DNA from: Candidatus Aminicenantes bacterium
GTDB taxonomy: Bacteria > Acidobacteriota > Aminicenantia > Aminicenantales > UBA4085
Direction of reading: 5' to 3'
Length of the DNA: 64,000 nt
Assembly (NCBI GenBank): GCA_963803915.1
Contig: CAWDOL010000014.1
Span: 24,871-88,870, forward strand
How positions within the stretch are numbered: position 1 is the first letter of the stretch; each line of letters starts with the position of its first letter. The notes under the pieces were generated by a model. That model ran no database searches. It was not told the DNA's origin and saw nothing but the letters and a program-made list of their open reading frames with translations. Position numbers and translations under genes: made by a program. This document shows positions 9,461 to 20,452 of the stretch, piece by piece.

Positions 9461-12139
9461 CTATTCGTATTTCAGGGCTTCCACGGGATTCGTCCGGGCG
9501 GCCCGCAGGGCCTGGAAGCTGACCGTGAGCAGGGCTATAAAGAGGGCTCCGGCCCCGGCCGCCGGGAACAACCACCAGGCGATGTTCGTCCGGTAAGCGA
9601 ACTGCTGTAACCAGCCGCGCATGATGAAGTAGGCGGCCGGCCAAGCCAAGGCATTGGCGACGAGAACCCACTTGGCGAATTCCTTGGACAGCAGCACGAC
9701 GAGGCCCGGCGCCGACGCGCCCAGAACCTTGCGGACGCCGATCTCCCTGGTCTTTTGCTCGGCCGTGAACGAGGCCAAGCCGAACAGGCCCAGGCCGGCA
9801 ATGGCCACGGCCAGGACGGCGAAGATCTTGAGGATGGCCCCCGTTCGTTCATCGGCTCGAAACATCCGATCGAAATCCTGGTCGAAAAAGCGGTATTCGA
9901 AGGGATAATCGGCGTTGACCGCCCGCCAGGCCGCTTCGACCGCTGCCAGCGAAGCGGCGACATCGCCCGCCTTGGGCCGGATGACGGCGTAAGAGGGGAC
10001 CGTCCACGGGCCGGCCGGGCTCCTCACACCCATGGCCACGGCCAGCGGTTCGATCTGCGTCTGGACGGATTGGAAATGGAAATTCTTCACGACTCCCACG
10101 ATCGTGCCGTCCACACCCATGAAAGCGAACCGCTTGCCGACGGCCGCGGCCGCGTCGAGGCCCATGAGCTTGGTGATCGCCTCATTGACCAGGAAGGCTC
10201 CGGTTTCATCCGACCGGAATTGCCGGCTGAACGTCCGCCCGGCGGCCAGCTCGATCTTCATGGTTTCCGTATAATCGTAATCGACGAAGGCGCAGTTGAT
10301 GAGATCGCGCTGACGGGGATCCTGGCCGTCCCAGGAAGCGCCGAAGCTCGATGAGCCGATCATGGTCGGCGGCTGATGAGTCCCCGTGACCGCCTGGATT
10401 TTCGGGTCTTGCAGGAGCCGCTCCTTGAGCCTGATGTAATTCTTGGCCGTTTCCCCGCGCAGGGGCAGGTAGAGGAGCTGTTCTTTGTCGTAGCCCAGGT
10501 CTTTGTGGCGCATGAAGTCGATCTGCCGGGCCGCCACGGCCATGCCGATCAGCAGGAGGACCGAGAGCGCGAATTGGACCACGACCAGACCCCTGCGCAG
10601 GCCGGCTCCCCGGGTTCCGTCCGAGGCCCGGCCTTTGATGACTTTGATGGGCTGGAAGGACGACAGCACGAGCGCCGGATAGCTCCCGGCGACGACTCCG
10701 GTGAGGGCCGTTACCGCCAGGATGCCGAGGACGAATTTCAGGCTGAGCAGCGAGGCCGCGGTCATCGTTTTTCCGGCCACGGCGTTGAAGGCGGGGAGAA
10801 GAAGAAGGACCAGGCCAAAGGCCGCCAGGCCGGCCAGAACCGCGGTCAGGACCGATTCGCCGTAGAACTGGCCGGCGATGCTGCGGCGGTGGGCGCCGAC
10901 GACTTTGCGCAAGCCGACTTCCCGGGCCCGGCGGACCGAGCGGGCGGTGGACAGGTTCATGAAATTGATGCAGGCGATGAGCAGGACGAACAGCCCGATG
11001 ACGGCAAAGGTCTTGATGGTCTTAAGGAGCCGGCTCGACCGGGCGTATCCCCAATCGCCGTGGAATCGGATATCGACGAGCGGATTGACCATGAATTCGG
11101 GGCCGACGTAGCTGTTGTAGCGCTTGAGCTGTTCCGGATCGGCCTGAATCTCCTTCCAAGCTTCCTCGTCGATTCGCCACTGGGCCATCGTCCGGTCGCG
11201 GACCAGGCGGGTGATCTTGACGTTGACGACGGAGGCCGCGCTTTTATCGTGAAGCCGTACGAAAGTCGCGACCGTATTGTTGACCCAGTTGTTGCTGTCG
11301 AGGCCCAGGTTCAAAGGGAAGGAATAAGGCAGAAGGGCGTCGAATCGGAGGCTGGAGTTGTCGGGAACGTCTTTCAGGACCGCGGTGACCGTCGCCGGGA
11401 CCTCGTTGTTCACGGTCAAGGTTTTCCCCACGGCATCCGCCGTTCCGAAATATTTGCGGGCGAACGTTTCGGTAACGACCAGATCGGTCGGGTTGTTGAG
11501 AGCCGTTTCGGCGGCCCCCCAGAGGGGGGGGAAGGTGAACATCCGGAGGAAGGACGGGTCGACGGCCGAGATCCGGTTTTCGTAGAACGCCTTGTCCCCG
11601 GAACGGAAGAGCAAAGCTCCCATTTGGCGGACCCGGGTCGCATCCGCGACCTCGGGAATCTCGGCTTTCAGGGCCGGACTCAGGCCAGGGGGGGTGATGG
11701 GAGCGTGAAATCTGCCCCGGTCGGTGATCTGATCATGCTCCACCCGATAGAGGGCTTTGGCGCCGGCATGGAAGCGGTCGAAGCTCAATTCGTCCTGGAC
11801 CCAAAGAAGGATGAACAGGGAACAGGCCATGCCCAGGGCCAGCCCGGCGATATTGATGAAGGAATAGCCTTTGTGCTTTTTAAGGTTGCGGAAGGCGATT
11901 TTGATGTAGCTTTTAAGCATCTGAAGGCTCCAATAGGCTTGATTTCTTAGATAACCGGGCAGGGCGGCCAAGACCTGGCGCCAGCAGTCGAGCGCGGCCC
12001 TGAGCCCTCCCCTCTCCCGACGCAGGCAAAGGAAGCGCTCTTCCATATCCCCGGCCGCCCCAAAATCATCATCCCGCTCGACGACTCTCTCCAAAAGCAG
12101 GAGAGCGAGCCGGGGCGGGGATGAGGGACGGGGCGTCAT
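9461..12139 (-). CDS. Duplicated MacB/FtsX-type ABC permease (ADOP-like)
   Basis: True start likely ATG 12139 overlapping padR stop (ATGA); PPRLALLLLER..GDMEERF N-domain; NFMNLSTARSVRRAREVGLRK and KTREIGVRKVLGAS; PVEALKYE end. Confidence 0.92.
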   Translation of the reverse strand: MTPRPSSPPRLALLLLERVVERDDDFGAAGDMEERFLCLRRERGGLRAALDCWRQVLAALPGYLRNQAYWSLQMLKSYIKIAFRNLKKHKGYSFINIAGLALGMACSLFILLWVQDELSFDRFHAGAKALYRVEHDQITDRGRFHAPITPPGLSPALKAEIPEVADATRVRQMGALLFRSGDKAFYENRISAVDPSFLRMFTFPPLWGAAETALNNPTDLVVTETFARKYFGTADAVGKTLTVNNEVPATVTAVLKDVPDNSSLRFDALLPYSFPLNLGLDSNNWVNNTVATFVRLHDKSAASVVNVKITRLVRDRTMAQWRIDEEAWKEIQADPEQLKRYNSYVGPEFMVNPLVDIRFHGDWGYARSSRLLKTIKTFAVIGLFVLLIACINFMNLSTARSVRRAREVGLRKVVGAHRRSIAGQFYGESVLTAVLAGLAAFGLVLLLLPAFNAVAGKTMTAASLLSLKFVLGILAVTALTGVVAGSYPALVLSSFQPIKVIKGRASDGTRGAGLRRGLVVVQFALSVLLLIGMAVAARQIDFMRHKDLGYDKEQLLYLPLRGETAKNYIRLKERLLQDPKIQAVTGTHQPPTMIGSSSFGASWDGQDPRQRDLINCAFVDYDYTETMKIELAAGRTFSRQFRSDETGAFLVNEAITKLMGLDAAAAVGKRFAFMGVDGTIVGVVKNFHFQSVQTQIEPLAVAMGVRSPAGPWTVPSYAVIRPKAGDVAASLAAVEAAWRAVNADYPFEYRFFDQDFDRMFRADERTGAILKIFAVLAVAIAGLGLFGLASFTAEQKTREIGVRKVLGASAPGLVVLLSKEFAKWVLVANALAWPAAYFIMRGWLQQFAYRTNIAWWLFPAAGAGALFIALLTVSFQALRAARTNPVEALKYE

Positions 12140-12462
12140 GGCTTTTCGAACTCGAAGGCCGGGACAGTACCCCATGTCCGCTCGTTGATTTTCCGGGCTT
12201 CGGCCAGGGCCGATTTGCCGGACGGCGTCAGGCGGTAGAAGATCTTGCGCCGGCCGCCGCGCTCGGCCGTCGGCGAGCTGACGATGGTCTCGACGTAGCG
12301 GTTCTTGCGTAAACGATCGAGAGGCGCGTAGACGGCGCCGAGAGCCCATTTTTTGTCCGTGGCCCGCTCGACTTCCCTTTGGATGGTGATGCCGTAGGCG
12401 TTGTCGCCCAGGCGCCAGATGGCCAGCAGAAAGACTTCCTCGATCCGGGACAACATCTTCAT
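12136..12462 (-). CDS. PadR-family transcriptional regulator
   Basis: LLAIWRLGDNAYGITIQREV..LGAVYAPLDRL..RGGRRKIFYRLT. Confidence 0.92.
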   Translation of the reverse strand: MKMLSRIEEVFLLAIWRLGDNAYGITIQREVERATDKKWALGAVYAPLDRLRKNRYVETIVSSPTAERGGRRKIFYRLTPSGKSALAEARKINERTWGTVPAFEFEKP

Positions 12463-12469
12463 TTCGTGT

Positions 12470-12497
12470 TCCTCGTTATTACTATACGTTACGAGGA
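12470..12497 (-). promoter_or_regulatory. Palindrome flanking -10 box and RBS of second padR
   Basis: TCCTCGT-N14-ACGAGGA; minus-strand TATAGT at 12486-12481 lies inside; the downstream arm overlaps GAGGAAC RBS. Confidence 0.45.
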
Positions 12498-12556
12498 CAT
12501 ATAAAGTTGCCCCCCCGGAAAAAATATTTTTATGCTGAAAAAGAGCGCCGCCCGCC

Positions 12557-13912
12557 CTACTTCAGGAAGACCTCCAGCACGGCGACTTCAACCGGGGGCT
12601 TGCGGACGGGAAGCTCGAGCGACAGGCTCCCGGCGCTCTCGCCCCGGCCGGGGCTCATCCGGATCTCGGACGCGTCGTGCAGGAACTGGACGTACTTCAC
12701 CTTGCCGTCCAGGCCCGGCAGGACGATCCGGTCGAGCGGGTAGACGAGCAGGTGGACGTAGAGTCGGTTGGTGGCTGGATTGTAGGTCAGCAGCGTGTTG
12801 GGCGGCGCGACGATGCCGGCCGGGGCCTCGGTGCAGCCATAGACCGAGCGGCCGTTGAGCTTGGTCCATTCGCCCATGGCCTTGAGGCTCATCTGGGCCC
12901 GCTCGTCGAACGTGCCGCGCGCCGTGGGCCCGACGTTGAGCAGCAGGTTGCCGCCCTTGCTCACCGACTCGACCAGCAGCTCGATGAGCTGGGCCGGGCT
13001 CTTCCAGGTCATCTCGTCGCGGTAGTAGCCCCACGATCCCGAGAAGGTCTGGCAGGTCTCCCAGGGGACGCGCTTGCCGTTGCGCTCGGGCCACTTGGCC
13101 ACCTTCTCCTGCTCGGGGGTGGTGAAGTCCCAGCCGCCTTCCACGTCGGCCAGGTCGAGCCGGTCGTCGACGATGATCCCGGGCTGAAGCTGGCGGGCCA
13201 GCTTGAGCAGGCCCTCGGAGTCCCAGTCGGCCCGGCCCTTGCCGTTCTTGCCCGGGAAGGAGAAGTCGAACCAGATGATGCTGATCTCGCCGTAGTTGGT
13301 CAGCAGCTCACGGACCTGGTTCTTCATGTACTCGCGGTACTTGGCCATGTCCTTGCCCGCGTTCAGCTTGGCGTAGTCGGCGTCGCTCTCGACGCGCTGC
13401 GGGTGGACGCGGTCGATGGTGTAGTCGGGGTGGTGCCAGTCGATGAGCGAATAGTAGAAGCCGACCTTCAGGCCCTCGGCCCGGAAGGCCTCGACGTATT
13501 CCTTGATCACGTCCCGGCCGAAGGGCGTGTTGGTCACCTTGTAGTCGGTGAATTTCGAATCCCACAGGCAGAAGCCCTCGTGGTGCTTGGCGGTCAGCAC
13601 GACGTACTTCATGCCGGCGGCCTTGGCCATCCTGGCCCATTCCCTGGGGTTGTAGAGGTCGGGGTTGAACAGCTCGAAGTACTTCTGGTACTGCTCGTTG
13701 GTCATCCGCTCGCGGTTCTTGACCCACTCGTGCCGCGCGGGCAGGGCGTAGAGCCCCCAGTGGATGAACATCCCGAAGCGGGCATCGGTCCACCATTTCA
13801 GGCGCTGGACCTTCTGGGCTTCGGTCTCCTTGGGCAGCTGGGCCGTCGCGATCTGGGCCACCGTGGCCAGGACGACGGCGAGAATGACGAGTCTTAGGGC
13901 TTTGGATTTCAT
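12557..13912 (-). CDS. Secreted alpha-L-fucosidase (GH29)
   Basis: WWTDARFGMFIHWG, YVVLTAKHHEGFCLW, IIWFDFS, LLNVGP motifs; signal peptide from ATG 13912. Confidence 0.93.
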   Translation of the reverse strand: MKSKALRLVILAVVLATVAQIATAQLPKETEAQKVQRLKWWTDARFGMFIHWGLYALPARHEWVKNRERMTNEQYQKYFELFNPDLYNPREWARMAKAAGMKYVVLTAKHHEGFCLWDSKFTDYKVTNTPFGRDVIKEYVEAFRAEGLKVGFYYSLIDWHHPDYTIDRVHPQRVESDADYAKLNAGKDMAKYREYMKNQVRELLTNYGEISIIWFDFSFPGKNGKGRADWDSEGLLKLARQLQPGIIVDDRLDLADVEGGWDFTTPEQEKVAKWPERNGKRVPWETCQTFSGSWGYYRDEMTWKSPAQLIELLVESVSKGGNLLLNVGPTARGTFDERAQMSLKAMGEWTKLNGRSVYGCTEAPAGIVAPPNTLLTYNPATNRLYVHLLVYPLDRIVLPGLDGKVKYVQFLHDASEIRMSPGRGESAGSLSLELPVRKPPVEVAVLEVFLK

Positions 13913-14037
13913 GGCGTCTCTCCTCGATTCCCTATTCATATCCGAAATCAGGCGGCTTAGTCCAGTCGCAAAGGACATAGGCCTCTTTCCTCGGGATATG
14001 CTAGAATGTTTCGGCTCAATTCCGGAGAGGTGAAACG

Positions 14038-15922
14038 ATGCGATCCCTGGCCATTTCCGCTTGGTTGACGTTCAGTCTGGCGGCCTCCACGCCGCTGGCG
14101 CCCGCGCCGCAGGAGCGCGACCGCGGCAAGATACCCGACTCCGCCAAATGGAATCTTGCCGAGATCTATCCGTCCGATGCGGCTTGGCAGGAAGCCAAGC
14201 AGGAATTTCTGAAAGAGCTCCCGGCCGTCGAGACGTATCAAGGCACATTGGGGAAATCGGCCGACCGGCTTCTGGGCTGCCTCGATCTCATGGAGCGTCT
14301 CAACAAGGAATTCGCCCGGCTGTTTGCCTACGCGAACTTGATCTTCGACCAGGATATGCGCGTCGCCTCTTCCGCCGCCCTTCGGCAGGAGACGGACCAA
14401 TTGGGGGCGGTGTTCGGAGAGAAGACCGCCTTTATTGAGCCCGAGATCCTGGCCATCGATCCCGCCGTCATTCATAAATATATCGGAGGCGAGAGGAGAT
14501 TCGATCCTCACCGTCACTATTTGGACGACCTTCTTCGCCGCCAGGCGCACACGGTAACGGCAGGGGAAGAGGCGATCATCGCCGCCGCGGAATTGATGGC
14601 GGGCGCGCCGTCCGACATTCACGACCTGCTGGCCCATGCGGATCTCCCATACGCCGAAATGACTTTGGCGGACGGGCGGCGGGTGAAGCTCGACCCCACC
14701 GAGTACGCACGGCAGCGACGATCGGCGAACCGCCAAGACCGCAAAGCAGCGCTGGCGGCCTATATGGCCAAGCTGAACGACTTCCGCCGCACGTTCGGCG
14801 CCCTCCTCAACGCGCAGATCACGAAAGATCTTTTCCAGATGAAGGCCCGGAAATACGCCTCCTGCCTGGAAAGCTCGCTCGACGGAGACGACATCCCCGC
14901 TCCGGTGTTCCACAGCCTCGTCGCCGGAGTGAACGCGAACTTGGGCACCCTACATCGCTATCTGCAGCTCCGACAAAGGATTCTCGGCCTGGACCAGCTG
15001 CACTATTATGATCTTTCCGCGCCGCTGGTTGCGGCCGCCGCCCGAACCTACACCTTCGAGGAAGCACGGGATCATCTTCTGGCGGCGCTCCAGCCGCTGG
15101 GCGATGAGTATCTGGCCGTGGTCAAGAAGGCGTTTGCCGGCCGCTGGATCGACGTCTACCCGACGGAAGGCAAGCGCTCGGGCGGGTACTCCAACGGCTG
15201 GGCCTATGATGTCCATCCCTACGTCATGATCAATTACGGAGGGACCTACGACGACATGAGCGGGTTGGCGCACGAGCTGGGCCATGCCGTGCAAAGCCAG
15301 CTCGCGAATACGCATCAACCATTTGCGGCCGCGGCCGGCCCGAGGTTCGTCGTGGAGGTCGCGCCCACGTTCAACGAGGCGCTGCTGGTTGATGCCATGT
15401 TAAAACAGAGCCGTGACGATGAAGCCCGTCTCTCGATGCTCGGCAACTACCTGGACGGTTTCGCGCTCAAGATATTCCGGGCCACGCTGATCTCGGAGTT
15501 TGAGCTGCGCATCCATGAGCTGGCCGAAAAAGGCGAACAGCTCACGGGCGACGGGCTGAACGCCATGTATCTTGAGCTCATTCGAAAATACTATGGTCAT
15601 GCCAAGGGCGTCTGTATCGTCGATGACAGACATCCAATCGGAGTGGATGGTTGTTCCCCAGCTCTACTCGGGCTTCTATGCCTATCAATATGCGACGGCA
15701 TTCGCCGCCTCGGCGGCCTTGTCGGAGCTGGTGATAAGCGGCGATCGGGCGGCCACGCGGAGATACCTCGATTTTCTCTCCGCGGGCGGATCGGATTATG
15801 CCGTCGCCCTGTTGAAGAAGGCGGGTGTCGATATGGCGGCTTCCGAGCCGTTCGAGCTGTGTATGACGAAAATGAACCGGGTCATGGATGAAATGGAAAA
15901 AATCCTGGCCCGGAAGACGTGA
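14038..15922 (+). CDS. pepF: Oligopeptidase F (peptidase M3B) with signal peptide; +1 frameshift near 15629
   Basis: KWNLAEIYPSD, GKRSGGYS, HELGH zinc motif; frame 15572..15922 continues DIQSEWMVVPQLYSGFYAYQYAT. Confidence 0.88.
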
Positions 15923-15926
15923 CGGC

Positions 15927-17502
15927 TCACCCCAATAAACGTTTCTGGGCCTTCTTCTCGGCGAAGGTCCGGGGCACGAAGACGTCCCGGCCCGTGATCG
16001 GGTCGCGGCCGGTCCTGTACATGCACGTGGACCGGGTCATCGGGGTCGGGGTGAAGATCTGGACGCCCTCGACGGGCTTCTCCCCTTCCCGCTCCAGCCG
16101 CTTCACTTCGACGGCCAGCTCGCGGGCTTCCTCTTCGCCGCAGCCGGGATGGGCGACCATGTAGTAGTACTTCAGGTGGCGCCGCTCGGCCTTGTTGAGC
16201 TTCCGGAAAAGCCGCCGGAACTCCTCGAACCGCGAGCCGTCCTTGTTCATCAGCGCGAGCACGCCGGGCGCCACGTGCTCGGGCGCGATCTTGAGCAGGC
16301 CCGAGACGTGGTGCTCGCTCAGCTCCCGGATGTACTCCTCGCTCTCCAGGGCCAGGTCGTACCGGACGCCGGACCGGACGAAGACCTTCTTGACGCCCGG
16401 AATCGCCCGCGCCTGTCCGCATCAGCCCGATCAGCCGCTCGTGGCCGCCGATCGCGCGAGCCGCAGACCAGGCAGCCGCCCGCCGTCGCACGGCGCGGGG
16501 CAGTCCATGCCGTACATGTTGGCCGACGGGCCGCCCAGGTCGTCGATGAAGCCCTTGAAGTCGGGATGGGCCGTGAGGCGCCGGATCTCGTCCAGAATCG
16601 AGTCCTCGCTCCGCGAGACGATGCGGTCGCCCTGGTGCAGGGTCAGCGAACAGAAGGAGCAGTCGCCGATGCAGCCGCGGTGGGTGACGACCGAGAACTG
16701 GGCCATCCGGAACTCGGGGAAGTGCGCGGGCACGTTCCGCGAGAAAGGCAGGCCGTAGATCCGGTCGAGGTCGGCCGGGGTCGTCTCCGGCGCCGGATAC
16801 TGCAGGACATAGCGCTCGGCGTGGCGCTGGGCCAGGGCCTTGCGGATGGAGAAGGCGTTCTGCGCCCCGCAGAAGGCGTCGTGTTCGGCCTTGACCTCTT
16901 CGTAAGGAGGGATCTCCTCGAACCCGTCCGGCTTCTCGCGCCGGATGACGCAGGTGCCGGGAATTCCCGCCAGGTCCTCTCCCCTGTCCATCCGGCGGGC
17001 GATCTCCACGGCCTGGCTCTCGCCCGGGCCGTAAACGAGGATGTCGGCCCGCGTATCGAGAAGCAGACCGCGCCGGACATCGTCGTCCCAATAGTCGTAG
17101 TGGGCGAAACGCCGCAGCGAGGCCTCGATGCCGCCCAGCACGACGGGAACGCCCGGGAAGGCCGCACGGACGCGGTTGGCGTAGACGATCAGGGCCCGGT
17201 CGGGCATGCCCGAGGCGTGCGGGGCGTGCTCGTCCTTCTCCCGCCTCCGCTTGAGCGGGGTGTAGTTGACCAGCATGCTGTCGATCGAGCCCGAGGTCAG
17301 CCCGAAGTAGAGGCGCGGCCGGCCCAGCCGGGCGAAGTCGGCATCGTCCGTCCAGCCGCGGCCGCTCGATGATCCCGACTCTGTAGCCGGCGTCGTCCAG
17401 GACGCGGGCGATCATCCCGGCGGCCGACAGGGGGTGGTCGACGTACGGCTCGCCGGAAACCAGGATGATGTCGAAGTCGCGGCCCGGTTGCGGGCGAATC
17501 AT
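15927..17502 (-). CDS. YgiQ (UPF0313)-family radical SAM protein; frameshifts near 17359 and 16410-16480
   Basis: DIILVSGEPYVDHP, RANRVR-like YANRVR, HYDYW, RGCIGDCSFC (CxxxCxxC), DLGGPSANMYG, HVSGLLKIAPEH, QIFTPTPMT motifs spread over three frames. Confidence 0.85.
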
Positions 17503-17505
17503 GCT

Positions 17506-18646
17506 TCAGTATTCGAGCCGCTTGAAGATGACCGCCCCATAGGCGGCGTCGAGCAGAAGAAGCGCGCCGGCCACAAGGAAGGGCCACTGCAACCCGTAGC
17601 GGAAGCCCAGCGGCGTAGAGGACCATGGCCCCCAGCATCTTGGCCAGGATCTGGACGGCCAGGACGAGCGCCGCGCTGCCCCCGACGCTCTTTCTCTCGA
17701 ACAGGCGCGAGATGGTGAGGGCGATCAGAGCGCCCATGGCGCCGTCGCCGAAGTCGTGGGCGAAGCGGAAGACGAGCGACAGCCAGACCGGCCCGGCCGT
17801 CGACAGGATCAACCCCGCGCCGGACAGGACCATCGAGCCGAAAAGGAGACCGCGATTCTGGGCCGGCTCGAACCTGCGGCGGCCGACCGCGATCGCCCCC
17901 AGGGGCAGGAAGAGAAGCCCCGCCGCCATGTAGAGCGACGACTGGAACGTGGTCAGCCCGAAGCGCGTCTCCAAAAACGGCGCGTAGACCGTCCCCTCCA
18001 CGGCCCAATGCAGGCCGACAAGGAAGACGAAGCCGAGGAACAGGAGCGACTTGGGGCGCAGGACATCGCGGCCGTAATCGCGGATGCCGGTCAGGTGGAA
18101 CTTGCCGCCGTCGAGCCCGCGGACGAAGGCGGCCGAGAGCGCCAGGATGGCGGCGAAGAGGAAAAGCAGAACCCGGAAGTCGGCCTTCTGGACGAGCAGG
18201 CCGCCGCCGGCGATCCCGAACACCGCCCCCAGCCCCAGCCAGAAGACATAGAGGCCGTACTTGCGATTCTGGTCGATGGCGGTCTCGTCCTTGTAGGTCA
18301 GGCTGGCCAGAGAGACATCCAAGACATTGTTGGCCACCCCCAACAGGAAGAAGGCGGCGCAGACGACCGGGAAGCTCCGGGTCACGGCCAGAAGCGCGAG
18401 CAGGAGGCCGTCGGCCAGGAAGGCCGCCCGCACGGCGCCGGCGATCGAGATCCTGTCGTTGACCCACCCCGCCGGGAAAGCCGAGAGGAGCGGCGCCAGG
18501 GAGAGGAGGGAGACGATGACGCCGATCTGCCAGCCGTTGTACCCGATGCGGACGAAATGCAAGGGCAGGAGAAAAAGGATCGAGGTGAAGGCCAGCGAGC
18601 GGGCGAAGTTCAGGCCGAAGACGCGGCGCAGTTCGGTGGGGAGCAT
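17506..18646 (-). CDS. MFS transporter; frameshift near 17614
   Basis: About 12 hydrophobic segments; ORF 17297..18664 switches to frame reading PLGFRYGLQWPFLVAG...KRLEY* (stop 17508-17506). Confidence 0.8.
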
Positions 18647-18688
18647 GGCTGTAGTCCGAGCCACCCATTATAGGGCTTTTCGGGCCGC

Positions 18689-18737
18689 AAAAAAAAAGCC
18701 CCGGCTCCCGCCGGCCGAGGCCGGATGGAGCCGGGGC
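18689..18737 (-). terminator. Intrinsic terminator of the sigma/anti-sigma/DUF4097 operon 1
   Basis: Stem GCCCCGGCTCC/GGAGCCGGGGC (18698-18708, 18727-18737) followed by 9 T on the minus strand. Confidence 0.85.
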
Positions 18738-18760
18738 GGTGGATTCCGTCCCGCAGCGCG

Positions 18761-19732
18761 TTATTTTTTCTTCAAGCTGATGTGGCCGCTGAAGGCCTTC
18801 AGCCGGACCGTGGCGCCGCCGGCGCCCACGGTGCCCCGCAGCTCGCGGGCCGGGCCGTGGCTGTCGCTGATCCGGCCCGTCACGGTCACGTCGAAGTCGG
18901 TCTGGATGCCGCCGCTGAAGCTCTCGGCGGTCAGCTCGAAGGCCGACCCGGCGGGAACGATCATCTCCAGCCGGCCGCTCATGACTTCCAGGCTGTACTT
19001 GCCGTCCTTCTCGATCTTGCCGTCATAGGTGACGCTGCCGCTCAGAACCTTGCCGCGCACGCTCTTGGCGCCCTCGATCCCGGTCAGGCGGATGGGGCCG
19101 GAGGTCGTCTCGGCCTCGACCGAGCCCTTGACCTTGTCCACGGTGATGCTGCCCGAGACGGACTTGAACACGGCGTCGCCGACGATGTCGGAGGCCTTCG
19201 TCGAGCCGCTGACGACGTAGAGGTCCGCGCCGCCGCCGAGACGGGTCAGGGTGGCGGTGCCGCTCGTAACCCGGCCCTCGAAGGCGCCGCCGATGCCGTC
19301 CACCGTGAGCGGACCGCTGACGTTGGTGACCGAGAGCGAGGCCTTCTCGGGAATCCAGATCTGGTAGCTGACCGAGACGTTGATGGATTCGTTGCGGCCC
19401 TGGTGCTCGGGGTACTTGGTTTCGATCCGTACGATCTCGCCCGTCTTCTGGACGTCGATCTGGACCTTGTCCATATTCTCCTTGGCTTTGTCCATGGTCT
19501 TGGCCTTGGAGACCTTGACGGCCTCGATCTTGACCTGGGCTTCGGCCCAGCTCTTGATGTCGATCGAGCCGGAGACGTTGCCGACGATGACCTTGCCGTC
19601 CTTGGCCAAGGCTTCGACCTTGCTGAACTTCTGCTCGAGCTTCTCCTCGGCGAAAGCCGTCAGCGGGTAGACGGCCAGAGCCAGGAGGGCTCCGATCAGG
19701 ACGGCCCTGCGGATCGCTTGTTTCTTGTTCAT
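18761..19732 (-). CDS. Secreted DUF4097 (toast-rack beta-strand repeat) protein
   Basis: Signal peptide; repeated NVSGSI/SVSGSI/TTSGPI/VLSGSV/SFSGGI beta repeats; G.G.A.VRLKAFSGHI C-terminus. Confidence 0.85.
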   Translation of the reverse strand: MNKKQAIRRAVLIGALLALAVYPLTAFAEEKLEQKFSKVEALAKDGKVIVGNVSGSIDIKSWAEAQVKIEAVKVSKAKTMDKAKENMDKVQIDVQKTGEIVRIETKYPEHQGRNESINVSVSYQIWIPEKASLSVTNVSGPLTVDGIGGAFEGRVTSGTATLTRLGGGADLYVVSGSTKASDIVGDAVFKSVSGSITVDKVKGSVEAETTSGPIRLTGIEGAKSVRGKVLSGSVTYDGKIEKDGKYSLEVMSGRLEMIVPAGSAFELTAESFSGGIQTDFDVTVTGRISDSHGPARELRGTVGAGGATVRLKAFSGHISLKKK

Positions 19733-19759
19733 GACATCCTCCCTGTGCGATTCCAGACT

Positions 19760-20452
19760 TTAAAGGCTCGCCCCGGGCCCGGCCGGGGACGGCGATTGTT
19801 TGCGGACTTGGATGACCCCGTCGAGGATCTCGACTTTCTTCTGGTAGGCGGCCAGCAGGAAGACGCGGGCGTCCACGCTGCCGGGTTCGCGCTCAACCGC
19901 CTCGCGACAGGCCTGGATGGCCGAGTCTACGGCCCCCAGGTCGCGGGCGAAGAGGGCGGCGGCGGACGATCCGATCACGGACGGGCCGGCCACCAGGGCT
20001 TCGGTCAGGGCCTGGATGGCCAGCTTGTAATGCATCTCGGACTCTTCCAGCTTGGCCACCACGGCCGCCTGGTCCGGCGAGAGGCCGGGGGCGGAGGCGG
20101 CGCGCCAGGGGCCGAGCCCGACGACGAGGCCGACGACGGCTCCGACGACAACGAACCCGGCGGCATAAGCCCAGCGGGGGACGGCGAAGCCGCGGAGCCC
20201 ATGCGAGGCCGCCCGGCGCTCTTCGCGGCGGGCTGCCCGCACGCCCGAGAGGACGGCATTCCAGACGTCGTCGGAGGGCGCGTCCTGGTCGTCAAGCGAA
20301 CGGGCGCTCTCGGCGATCCTCTGAAAGTCGTCCATCAGCTCCCGGCACTCGGCGCAGACGGCGAGATGCGAGTCGAGGCGGGCCCGCTCGGCCGGGCGGA
20401 TCGTCCCGTCCAGGCGGTCCCCGATCATCTTATGAAACGCGGCGCACTTCAT
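19760..20452 (-). CDS. Zinc-finger (ZAS, zf-HC2) membrane anti-sigma factor
   Basis: MKC..., HLAVCAEC (HxxxCxxC), one TM (WAYAAGFVVVGAVVGLVVGLG), helical C-domain; overlaps sigma stop. Confidence 0.85.
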   Translation of the reverse strand: MKCAAFHKMIGDRLDGTIRPAERARLDSHLAVCAECRELMDDFQRIAESARSLDDQDAPSDDVWNAVLSGVRAARREERRAASHGLRGFAVPRWAYAAGFVVVGAVVGLVVGLGPWRAASAPGLSPDQAAVVAKLEESEMHYKLAIQALTEALVAGPSVIGSSAAALFARDLGAVDSAIQACREAVEREPGSVDARVFLLAAYQKKVEILDGVIQVRKQSPSPAGPGASL

